Below the pieces are notes generated by a model. The model searched no databases. It was not told the DNA's origin and was given only the letters and a program-made list of their open reading frames with translations. Shown here in pieces: positions 1 to 9,000 of a stretch of DNA of 64,000 bases. Source of the stretch: Bdellovibrionales bacterium (GTDB lineage: Bacteria; Bdellovibrionota; Bdellovibrionia; Bdellovibrionales; JAGQZY01); assembly GCA_964230645.1 (NCBI GenBank), contig CAXRHT010000002.1, positions 608,001-672,000 on the forward strand. The letters run 5' to 3'. How positions within the stretch are numbered: position 1 is the first letter of the stretch; every line of letters begins with the position of its first letter. The translations under genes and the position numbers were made by a program.

Positions 1-78
1 TGCAATCAGGGAGAAGATAATAGAGACCTTGAACTGGACCTATCAGCTATTATGTTACATTTAGTCGTTTGAGAGATT

Positions 79-116
79 AAAAAAAATCCGCGAGTGGATG
101 AGACCGCTCACGGATT
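79..116 (-). terminator. Rho-independent terminator
   Basis: Minus strand AATCCGTGAGCGG-tctcat-CCACTCGCGGATT followed by a T run. Confidence 0.7.
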
Positions 117-193
117 CCTGTAACGCCCTTTCGCATCGTCCTGATCACTGATGCCTCCCAACTTAAAAAAGCTGGGCCGTCCGTGGCGCACAC
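79..193 (-). ncRNA. Candidate small RNA with GGA-loop hairpins (CsrA/RsmA-sequestering type)
   Basis: The minus strand reads GCC-ACGGAC-GGC, CCCAGCTT-TTTT-AAGTTGGG(A), ATC-AGGAC-GAT and ACAGGAAT, then a hairpin plus U-tract. ACCGATAA (sigma-28-like -10) lies just upstream at 198-205. There is no ORF. Confidence 0.45.
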
Positions 194-412
194 CTATTTA
201 TCGGTGTTATTCTGTATATGATGCAATGAAATGTCTCAAATTAAGAAGGCAAACTTCTCTTTTGGTCTCTTTTTGCTCTGATTCTTAGTTTTTTAAAGCT
301 GTCAAAAATTTACACACTAAATACCCTAACTTTAACATTAAGATCATGTGTTGATCTTCAATTTAAAGGGAGGTTTTTTCTTTTGAAGTTTCGTGCGGAC
401 CACGTGGCCAAA

Positions 413-459
413 AGGTCCTTCGGCTTCGCCTCAGGACGACACTTTGCCTCAGGACGACG
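413..459. repeat. TGTC/CGTC-tagged REP-like palindrome plus partial tandem copy
   Basis: AGGTCCTTCGGCTTCGCCTCAGGACGACA (413-441) closely matches 39161-39187. GCCTCAGGACGAC is repeated at 446-458. It lies just downstream of tcdA. Confidence 0.65.
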
Positions 460-484
460 TTGAGAACTAGGAAGACATTGAGAT

Positions 485-1276
485 TCAAAGCAATGGTGAT
501 TTTTTTAGTAAAGATTGTATTGTTCCATACACTAGAAAAAAGCCGAAAGTTCCCGTCACAAAAGACGCTGTGCCATAGCCTGTCTGACAATCTAAAGGTT
601 TTTTAAAGTTCTCTGGCTTTTCGAAATGAATGTCTCCTGAAGGTGATAAAAATCTTGGCTTCTCCATTGAGTAAACACAGGGAACTCCCATGGGACCCTT
701 ACGAGGAAAGCCATGTTTTTGCCTGAGACGTTTACGAACATGAGAAAGAAGGCTGTCCTCTTTGGACTGAGAAAGATCGGCGTAAAATATTTTCGTTGGA
801 TCCAAACGACCTCCGGCAGCGCCAGCCAGATGAACGGGGATTTTTCTTTTTACGCACTCAACCACCAAAGCTTTCTTGGCAACAAACTCATCCACCGAAT
901 CAATGACGGCATCAAAGCCTTCAGAGAGAATTCGGCTGGCATTGGACTCATTAAAGTCCTCGTCAAAAATTTGGATTTTGATATTGGGATTTATTTTTTT
1001 TAATCGGTCTTTGAGAGCTTTTGTTTTTAGCTGACCAATATTGCCATCAAGAGCATGGATTTGTCGGTTGGTATTACTTACACAAATATCATCAAAGTCC
1101 ATAAGACTTATCTGCCCAATTCCCGAGCGCCCTAGTGCTTCGACCACCCATGACCCCACTCCACCAAGTCCTACAACAAGAACATGAGCCTCAGCCAAAA
1201 CTTGGCTTTGTTTTTTACCCACCAGTCTCTCTATACCACCGAAACGCAACTCGAACTCAGACACTTCATTGATCAT
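485..1276 (-). CDS. tcdA: tRNA threonylcarbamoyladenosine dehydratase (ThiF/E1-like family)
   Basis: Motifs VVGLGGVGSW, DFDDICVSNTNRQIHA, GAAGGRLDPT, CVYSME and GTASFVTGTFG. Confidence 0.88.
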   Translation of the reverse strand: MINEVSEFELRFGGIERLVGKKQSQVLAEAHVLVVGLGGVGSWVVEALGRSGIGQISLMDFDDICVSNTNRQIHALDGNIGQLKTKALKDRLKKINPNIKIQIFDEDFNESNASRILSEGFDAVIDSVDEFVAKKALVVECVKRKIPVHLAGAAGGRLDPTKIFYADLSQSKEDSLLSHVRKRLRQKHGFPRKGPMGVPCVYSMEKPRFLSPSGDIHFEKPENFKKPLDCQTGYGTASFVTGTFGFFLVYGTIQSLLKKSPLL

Positions 1277-1483
1277 TCCCCTTGCATATAAAAAAAATCG
1301 AGGCTTGGGAATGAAAAAAAGTCCATATTTTTCTTTATCTAAACATTCTCTAAACGAAAACTTTACAGGAGGTCTAGTTATAAATTATTGTAATCACTAC
1401 CGTTTTAATATTCTCATTATGCAAGCTCTTGGAAAAATCCTATCATTAACCTGAAAATTGAATTTCGGAAAAAGGAGTTTCCA

Positions 1484-2032
1484 ATGAAAAAAATTATTCT
1501 CGCAGTCGCAGTTCTAATGATTAGCTCAATCACTTTAGCCGACTCCCCTTTTCTTCAGTATGAATTTGGTATGGAGCATAAGGGTGATGAGTACTACGTC
1601 AGCCTTAGACTATTTGAAAACACCGACATGTCCATTGAGGTGCGCCCCATTGAAGAGGCGGGAGCTCAGATTCTAAACCCTGACATTTTTTGGACTAATA
1701 TTGAACCTCTCTTGTTTGAGCAGCTTTATGCGGGTTCAAAAACTCTTTCTCAAGAGAAAACGGAAAAGCTTTTTAACCATTTTGTTTGTGAGCTTTATGT
1801 TCCCTACGCTATGCAAGTCAATCACCTCTATATGGCAACCCCTTACGATCCTCAAGCGCAGCAATTTTCCAGTGTTCTTGAACCAGTGAAAGGCCCCGAG
1901 GGCTGCTGGGTTAAAAATACGGTTTTCTTTACTGAGGAAGAAAACAATGAAAAAGCCAACGACTTAAAAATGAAACTAAGAAATTGGTTTCAACAAAGTG
2001 CGCTTATGAATCAGCTTGTGGTGGTGCGCTAA
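1484..2032 (+). CDS. Hypothetical secreted protein
   Basis: AAGGAG RBS, signal peptide MKKIILAVAVLMISSITLA, 182 aa with one Cys pair. Confidence 0.75.
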   Translation: MKKIILAVAVLMISSITLADSPFLQYEFGMEHKGDEYYVSLRLFENTDMSIEVRPIEEAGAQILNPDIFWTNIEPLLFEQLYAGSKTLSQEKTEKLFNHFVCELYVPYAMQVNHLYMATPYDPQAQQFSSVLEPVKGPEGCWVKNTVFFTEEENNEKANDLKMKLRNWFQQSALMNQLVVVR

Positions 2033-2033
2033 C

Positions 2034-2777
2034 CTAAGAATCCGTTAAAGCGGCGAAGTTACTTTGATGGCAGACCAGAAGTTCCTCCACAGTCGTGGAG
2101 CGAATTTCAGCGGCCTTCTTTAAAACCTCTTCAAAGACTTTATTAGGATTGCCGTCGTCTATCGCATTTGAGGGCGTGTCACTTTCAAATAAAATCGATT
2201 CTTTGGGAAGCTTTTCTAAGGCTTCTCTAGCCTTTTTAAAGTTATCATTAAGAATATTAGGTCCAAAAGAAATAATGATGTTATTCGCAATGTATTGCTC
2301 AGCCACTTCTACAGAGCCTGAGAAGCTATGAACAAATCCTTTCACACTGTAGTCCTTAAGAATCTCCAAAGCTTTACCGTGAGCCTGTACAATATGAAAA
2401 ACAAAGGGCTTGTTATGGGCAATCTCTAACTGGCGTTCAAACACATTGATTTGTGCTTCCTTTTTGAGAGTGGCTTCATCCCCAAAAAAATCCAAACCCA
2501 CCTCTCCAATAAAATCGGCTTGATCAGCCCAAATTTTTAATTCCTCCAGATCGCGAGACAAATCAAATTCTTTGCTCTTAATAAACCACGGATGAAGTCC
2601 GAAACAGGTTTTTATTCGACCGGGAAATTGGTTTTTGAGAGCCACTTGATGCTCCCACTCAGAGGGTTGATAGCCTCCCATAATCCACTGCTTTTCGGCA
2701 TCGGCATCTTGGATAAATTCGGTGGCCTCATCAAGATTAAGAAAAGACAGATGGGAGTGACAATCAACAACAGACAT
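2034..2777 (-). CDS. tatD: TatD family nuclease/hydrolase
   Basis: Motifs DCHSH, GLHPW, IGEVGLDF, HSFSGS and ESDTP. Confidence 0.88.
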   Translation of the reverse strand: MSVVDCHSHLSFLNLDEATEFIQDADAEKQWIMGGYQPSEWEHQVALKNQFPGRIKTCFGLHPWFIKSKEFDLSRDLEELKIWADQADFIGEVGLDFFGDEATLKKEAQINVFERQLEIAHNKPFVFHIVQAHGKALEILKDYSVKGFVHSFSGSVEVAEQYIANNIIISFGPNILNDNFKKAREALEKLPKESILFESDTPSNAIDDGNPNKVFEEVLKKAAEIRSTTVEELLVCHQSNFAALTDS

Positions 2778-2914
2778 TTGACCTCAATTATGACACAGCT
2801 TCGACTCAATTTATTGCACTTTCTACCTGATACTTAGACCTTTAGCTAGTAATACCTGAGAAGTTAAGCACATAATATCTATTTATGTTCATTGCTATGG
2901 ATTTTTTGAAAACT

Positions 2915-4300
2915 TTAATCCCAGGTTCCCGCGTCGGGAACTTGTAACTTGCGATTAATCACCTCTTTAATTTCCCTCAAATCCGCTTGAGGTCCGAGAA
3001 CTTCTCCTGAAACAAAAATCACCGGACCAGAATAAATGCCAAGATAGCGGGCATATTTTTGGTGGTAATCGAGCATTGCAAGGGCTTGGTCACTTTGCAC
3101 ACAGTCTAAAACTTTTTCTTTGGATAAATTTAACTCCCCAATGACTTGAAAAAGGTTCTCGTGCGTCTGAACGGAGTAGGACTTCCTTGTTTTATTGAAA
3201 TAATTGAGAAACGACTCGGGGCTGAGTTTCCACACACAGTAGTCCACTTTATTATGAAGAAGATGGTAAGAGTTTTGGCTTGCAATAATGGGACGCAACT
3301 CCAAACGAAGTCCCTCATAGTCTTCAAAGAGTTTGCTGATCTCGGCAGCCAGCCTCAGAGATCGTTCATTTTTATGATCGGTAAAAAGTGTTACTTCGAT
3401 CTCAGAGGCCTTTTCACCGAAGGCTGCGACAAACTCACTTTCTATTTGTAACTCGAACTGAGGAGGATCAAGTCGTACTTGAATAGGAAGACTGAGTAGG
3501 TATTTTTCTAAAAAGTAATCATAGTGCTTTTGACGACGCTGTTTTTGTAACCAGGCTTTTGCCTTTTCTGCTCCTTCTTCAGTGTTTGGAAAATTGCGGG
3601 AACGTCGGGCTTTTTCAATCTCACTAGGATCCAATTCACTAGGGAGAGACTTGTAGACGAAGTCTTCAAGGTAGTCTTGAACGTTGACTGCTTGGTCACG
3701 AGCTTCCCGCAGAACTCTTTTTTCCTTAATAATTTTGTCTATGCCTTTTAAACGAGCTTGAAACATTAGAGTTTCTAGTCGTCCCCATAAATAGCTTTCT
3801 TGGTTGAGATCCGATTCCACTATAACCTTCGCGTCCACCCGAGCCAGAGTTTTCGAAGACTCCTTTTCGGCTAAAAAAATCTTTGTCTCTTCTCGGTAAG
3901 GAAGACCAAACTGATTGAGTAAACTTTGAACTGAGCGCCCCACCGGCCCCAAATGGAAACTCACTCTTTTGGGAAGATTTTTCTCATAAGCCACATATTG
4001 CTGATATATCAGAGCAAAAAGAATCTCTTTTCTTTTTTGCTCAACACCTTTAAAAAAAGTCAGCCTCTTGACCTCTGAGTGGGTCACTCTTATGGAATCA
4101 GACTTAGCCAACCAGTCAGCCTTTTTCTCCGGCACGAATTTATAATAAAGCCTGGCCTCTGGGTTTTTCTTCTTGGCTTGAACAGAAACCTTTGGCGCAT
4201 GGGCTTGCGAGGAGGACTTTTCACTCCTCCAACAGGAACAACGGGTGAGGCTTAAGCTCATGGCTAGGCCCATGAGAAGGGGCCATTTGAGAGAATTCAT
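2915..4300 (-). CDS. Lipoprotein with C-terminal DsbA/thioredoxin-like fold lacking CxxC
   Basis: Likely start MNSLKWP at 4300 (ORF open to 4348), with a hydrophobic stretch ending in Cys. The C-terminal G..ASEIEVTLFTD...C...C...LGIYSGPVIFVSG follows the DsbA pattern, but NERS replaces CPxC. Confidence 0.6.
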   Translation of the reverse strand: MNSLKWPLLMGLAMSLSLTRCSCWRSEKSSSQAHAPKVSVQAKKKNPEARLYYKFVPEKKADWLAKSDSIRVTHSEVKRLTFFKGVEQKRKEILFALIYQQYVAYEKNLPKRVSFHLGPVGRSVQSLLNQFGLPYREETKIFLAEKESSKTLARVDAKVIVESDLNQESYLWGRLETLMFQARLKGIDKIIKEKRVLREARDQAVNVQDYLEDFVYKSLPSELDPSEIEKARRSRNFPNTEEGAEKAKAWLQKQRRQKHYDYFLEKYLLSLPIQVRLDPPQFELQIESEFVAAFGEKASEIEVTLFTDHKNERSLRLAAEISKLFEDYEGLRLELRPIIASQNSYHLLHNKVDYCVWKLSPESFLNYFNKTRKSYSVQTHENLFQVIGELNLSKEKVLDCVQSDQALAMLDYHQKYARYLGIYSGPVIFVSGEVLGPQADLREIKEVINRKLQVPDAGTWD

Positions 4301-4610
4301 AGGTCTATGATAAGAAAAAAGAAAGACTCTGGCTATGAAGTTTTCCATAAGCCTCTGGCAAGAGGGAGCTTGTATTATGTGATTTGTGTAAGACTTTTAT
4401 CAAAATTGAGCGAAGGTTTCACTCACCAAGCCTATCGACTCAGTCATCACCCTATAATTTGCTCAACTATTTCAATGATTTATGGATTAATCACTAAAAA
4501 AGCAAAAAATGAAAGAAGTATAGAGTTGCCTGAACACCCCTGTCAGAGCCCTGTTAGCTGCCAAAAAACTATGCTAAAGGCTCCATCAAGCAATAACAAA
4601 GGGAGAAAAT

Positions 4611-5027
4611 ATGAAACATCTAATAACGATTTTAATTTTATTCACAGCTGGCCTGGCATCAGCTCACCAAAAAACCATCGACCAGAGCATAAACGACTTG
4701 GCCGACCAAGTGGTCTATGACCTTGAGATGCAAGATCTCTATGACATCCGTCTCTTAACTGATTTTTGGTATGAAGGTTCTCTTGAAGACTGCGAAAAGC
4801 TTTCACAAGGTGAGGCTTTCTCCGCTCTTGTCGACAATTACCGTCTTCCTCTAGAGGAGTATCAAACTTTTTACTACGAACTTTTTGAAGACCGTACTTA
4901 TTACGTATGCTCTGAGAGTGAATTCTATAACGCCGGTCATTACGCGGAAGGCAGTAAAAACAAAACCTCTTTTATATCTACAGACGGCAAAGTGCGCTTC
5001 CAAATTCAGTACACTTATATCGACTAG
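4611..5027 (+). CDS. Hypothetical secreted protein
   Basis: GGGAGA RBS, signal peptide ending ASA, acidic 138-aa protein. Confidence 0.75.
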   Translation: MKHLITILILFTAGLASAHQKTIDQSINDLADQVVYDLEMQDLYDIRLLTDFWYEGSLEDCEKLSQGEAFSALVDNYRLPLEEYQTFYYELFEDRTYYVCSESEFYNAGHYAEGSKNKTSFISTDGKVRFQIQYTYID

Positions 5028-5048
5028 AATCATTTAAAGTTGTTGATT

Positions 5049-5080
5049 TCTTTAAGACTCCAATCTTGGAGTCTTAAAGA
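5049..5080. terminator. Perfect 15-bp inverted repeat (terminator or processing hairpin)
   Basis: TCTTTAAGACTCCAA-tc-TTGGAGTCTTAAAGA between two + strand genes. Confidence 0.5.
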
Positions 5081-5106
5081 TTCATAAAACCCTTATTGGT
5101 AGCTCT

Positions 5107-6096
5107 ATGAAGTTTTTATTATTTTTTATTCTTCTATTTTCAGTATCTCTTGCAGCCCATTCAAAATCCTCTCGCTATTACTCTTTAAGAATTAGTCAAA
5201 AAGAAGATTCCTCGGCTAGAGAAGATTTCGGGCACTGCTCTGGAGTCTATGATAAAATCGAAGAAGTTATCTACACGGCTGCTCATTGCTACCACAACAA
5301 AGCTTTTCATATTCGCACTAACAATGGCAAGCTTCTCTTTGATCTCAGTGAGGCTGAGTACTCCTATTATGAAAATGACTACGGTTTGGTCGACCTGTTT
5401 TCAATCCAAGGTTTTAATCCCATTGATGAACATAAGCTCATCTCTCAAGCTAGCCCTGTTGACTTTTCATCAATGCAGACGGACCGCCATTATGCCCTAG
5501 GCTTTCCTAGTCTTCACAAAACCGAAAGCCTGACCCGTCTCAATTGCTACAGGCTGGAAGACTTTAAAAATCATTTCATTTTTGAAATCGAGCAGGCTCT
5601 AGGAACCCAGCATTTGAAGTGTCCCTTCTACCAAATAGATCAAAATAGCTTTGATGATTTTACCCAGCATTCGGACGTGGCTGGCCTTTCTGGGGGTGGA
5701 GTTTTCCACAACAATGAACTTATTGGAATTATTTATCAGTTCGGAGACCGAAGAAAAGAGAACTTTGGTATTTACTACCAGTTTCAAAGCCTCGAGACTG
5801 ATGAGATTTCTCCCCTTTCGGTAGAAACCGCTAGAAGAAAATATCAGCTCGATAAGAAAATTTTTGAAGAAATTAAGGTTCCCAATCTCATTCAGACGGA
5901 ACTCAATTTATTTTTTTTGTTGAAGCTAAACATCTTTGATAACCGACAATCATTTATTAAAAATATTGAATGGCTCGACGATGAAACCCTACTTTTTGAA
6001 TTTATAGATTTTAACCCCATCGAAGTTCAGAAAAAAGATCTCAGCCACACCCTCCAAAGCTTCTTAAAAACCCTAAAGGTGCCTGGCTCCTTTTAG
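5107..6096 (+). CDS. Secreted trypsin-like (S1) serine protease domain protein
   Basis: Signal peptide; CSG, TAAHC (His), VDLF (Asp) and GLSGGG (Ser) motifs. Confidence 0.7.
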   Translation: MKFLLFFILLFSVSLAAHSKSSRYYSLRISQKEDSSAREDFGHCSGVYDKIEEVIYTAAHCYHNKAFHIRTNNGKLLFDLSEAEYSYYENDYGLVDLFSIQGFNPIDEHKLISQASPVDFSSMQTDRHYALGFPSLHKTESLTRLNCYRLEDFKNHFIFEIEQALGTQHLKCPFYQIDQNSFDDFTQHSDVAGLSGGGVFHNNELIGIIYQFGDRRKENFGIYYQFQSLETDEISPLSVETARRKYQLDKKIFEEIKVPNLIQTELNLFFLLKLNIFDNRQSFIKNIEWLDDETLLFEFIDFNPIEVQKKDLSHTLQSFLKTLKVPGSF

Positions 6097-9000
6097 TTGT
6101 CGAAGCCGAAGGAGAGGGTTTCGTCTTCTTGTTCTTGGTAACCTGTTCGGGGTCCTGGTTGGTACCACATGATGAATTTATCACCTGGATTGACGGCTCT
6201 TAAGAGTCGTCCTTCATTCATTCCGTTATTTGGACCCCAGTAGTGGCGGAAAATATTAAAGTCGGATGTCCCCGTCATGGTAATTGTTTCCTCGACGGCA
6301 CCTGTGCCTAAATTCACCACTTCGACATCTATTGGATTTTCAGCGGCGATCGCCACCCAGTCCATATCTCCAGCAACGATAAAGTTTTCGCGGAACAGAG
6401 CGGGTGAAACCCAAGCGGCAGAAGAAAGACCATTAGAGTCGGCGTTACTGTTACCACCCATGACAAAAGGGGCTTCGGCTTTCATTACAAGTCCGGAATA
6501 CTCAGCCCCCGTATCTGGCACAGAGAAGATATTCCCAGCTGTTGCTGATTGAGTGTAGCTCGTAGAGTCTGAACGGTACATATTCACAATGCCTGTTCCT
6601 GATGGAGAAATATATCCCGTCCTTGAAGGGAAACCGATAAGCTTTTCGGCCGCCGGTGGAACAATTTGACCATCATCACGATAATTTGAACTGAAATGCA
6701 TGGCTATGAGCGCATCACTCACAACTTCAAATGCGCCATCTTGACCATCAGAATAAGTGTAACTATCCCCAGCATTCATAACTTCGGTTCGGCGTAACAC
6801 ACCATCTCTATAAAATTCTACAGTGCTATTCTCAAAAGCAAAGACCGAGAGCCTATGGGGCGTTGAACGAGTTCCCGTTACAAGAAAGTTTTTACCTGAC
6901 ATCCCACGATCTTGGAAACCAATGTGCATTCGGTTATTGAGGTTACCCATAGCATAAATCGGACCGTCGGCCTGTACTTGATCAAACTGCTGACAATTCC
7001 AATCTCTCACATCACCAGCATCCAAATTATCAGTTAAAAGAGTTCCACCACCTCGAGTCACTTCAATCGCTGTTCCATCGAATGCTGCCATAACTCGACA
7101 GTCATTGTCAGCGCCACCAAGGTTGATCGCAGTGAATAGAGTTGGATCAAAGAATGGAGTGTTCGGCCCCGTTTTAGCATCAATGATATTCGAGGCTGGT
7201 GCATCAGTACCATTGGATGCGACCACCATAAATTCATAATCCGTTGAAGGTGTTAAGCCTGTTACAGTTCCTGATGTCGCGTCCGTCACAGGGTCGACCG
7301 GTGCTCTCGTCCAAGCTCCTGCACCATCCAGACGATAAAATAATTTGTAATCCGACACAGGCGAACCGCTGCTTCCAGGATCAGTCCAGATCATCGAGAT
7401 CTCAGTTGAGGCCCGCTCGGCTAGTAGCAAGTCATCAACAGGATTAGGAGGTTGCGTTCTAAAGGACGGAGAAGAGGAAACAGTACTGATCTTTCCTGAT
7501 TCATCAATTGCTCTCACGTTCACAAAATAATCCACTCCGTTAGCAAGAGTAAAACTGGCGCCATCAACACCGTCAACAGGACGATAGGTTGTTACCAGTC
7601 CAATATCGAGCCAACCCATAGCATCAGTGGCTCCAGCGCTTGTACCAATTGAGATTTCATAGCGATCAAGATCACAATCATCGGTTGATGCGGCCCAAGT
7701 CGCTATTCTAGACTGTGTGCCCGTAGCAAAATCATTGAGTACAATAGTTCCACCACCAGGGGCCCCTGGATCATCAATATCCACTTCAAAAGGAACACCA
7801 GCTACAGCCAACACCGAATTATTACCGGCATTGTCTACAGTCCTGATTGTGGCGTAGTAAGGAGTACATCTTGCAAGTCCAAGACCTGTCAATTGATCAG
7901 AGTCCGCTTGGTTATCACCAGGGAAAGGAAGAGACTTCCAGCCACCCGCATCGTTTCCACCCAGAGGACTTGTTGAAATACCAATTTCTTGGAAATCCAC
8001 ATCAAGACTTGTAGAAGTGGTCCAGGTCACATTGGGAGAAGTCGACTGCGAATCATGCCAAACCGTAGCGTGAGCTATTGTTGTGGCTGCATTCGGAGCG
8101 GTTTGATCAACCTCGTAGTTAACGAAAGCAGTTGAACAGTTAGAATTAAATCCATTGGCATCAGTGAGATCCGCATAAAGAGCGGTTATTCCAAGACCCA
8201 GAGCCGAAGTCACTTGCACATCCACATTTGTTCCCGAAGAAATTTGCGTTCCAATTTCCGTTCCGCCAGTACAAGAGCTGTTTGCGTAAAGGCGAACTGT
8301 GGCTCCACTCGCTACAGCTCCCCCACTCACACGGATAAGAGGTGTGGTATCAGGACTCGGTGAAGAAACGGGATTCACGAATGCAAAAGTTGTCGGAGGA
8401 TCCGGCTGGTTCACACCTTCCCCTGTGATGGGGCGGGTGACCTGTTGAGCGAGAACTCCGTCATTGTAATCAATCAAAATGGTGTCGCCATCGACTTGTT
8501 CAGAGCTTGGCTGATAAGAAACAACAATATTACAAGAAGAACCGGCCGTGAGTGTTCCCGCACAATTTCCTCCCGTACCAGGGAAAGATCCACCGTTGAA
8601 ATCGTAAGGAGCGATTAGCCCACTTCCCGAAATTCCGCTGGCATCGGTTTGCCCGGTATTGTTGACCACAAAAGTTTTCGTTTTCAAGGATCCAGAAAGG
8701 GTGACACCGAAATCATAGGTGGGCCCATCGGATATCGTCAGAGTCGCAGGAGAGTTTCCTGTTCCTTGAATATCTCGCGCAACGGATTGTGTGGTCACAC
8801 CGTTGTTATAACTGATCGTAATTGTATCCGCGATCACCCCAGTTGAAGTCGGAGCGAATTCCACTTCGATATCACAATCAAGGCCTGGTCCAAGAGTGGC
8901 TGTACAATCCCCATTGTCTCCAGGAAAACTACCCCCAGAAAATCCAAAAGGAGCCGAAAGAGTGAGTTCACTAATACTAGTAGCAGCAAAACTTCCACCA

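Noticed and set aside
1..64. Possible 3' end of a + strand gene
   Set aside because: Only ~20 codons are visible; cannot be supported.
363..590. 75-aa ORF downstream of tcdA, and similar short overlapping ORFs (4307-4720, 37094-37546, 51719-52213, 54402-54887)
   Set aside because: They overlap well-supported genes or REP DNA and have no motifs.
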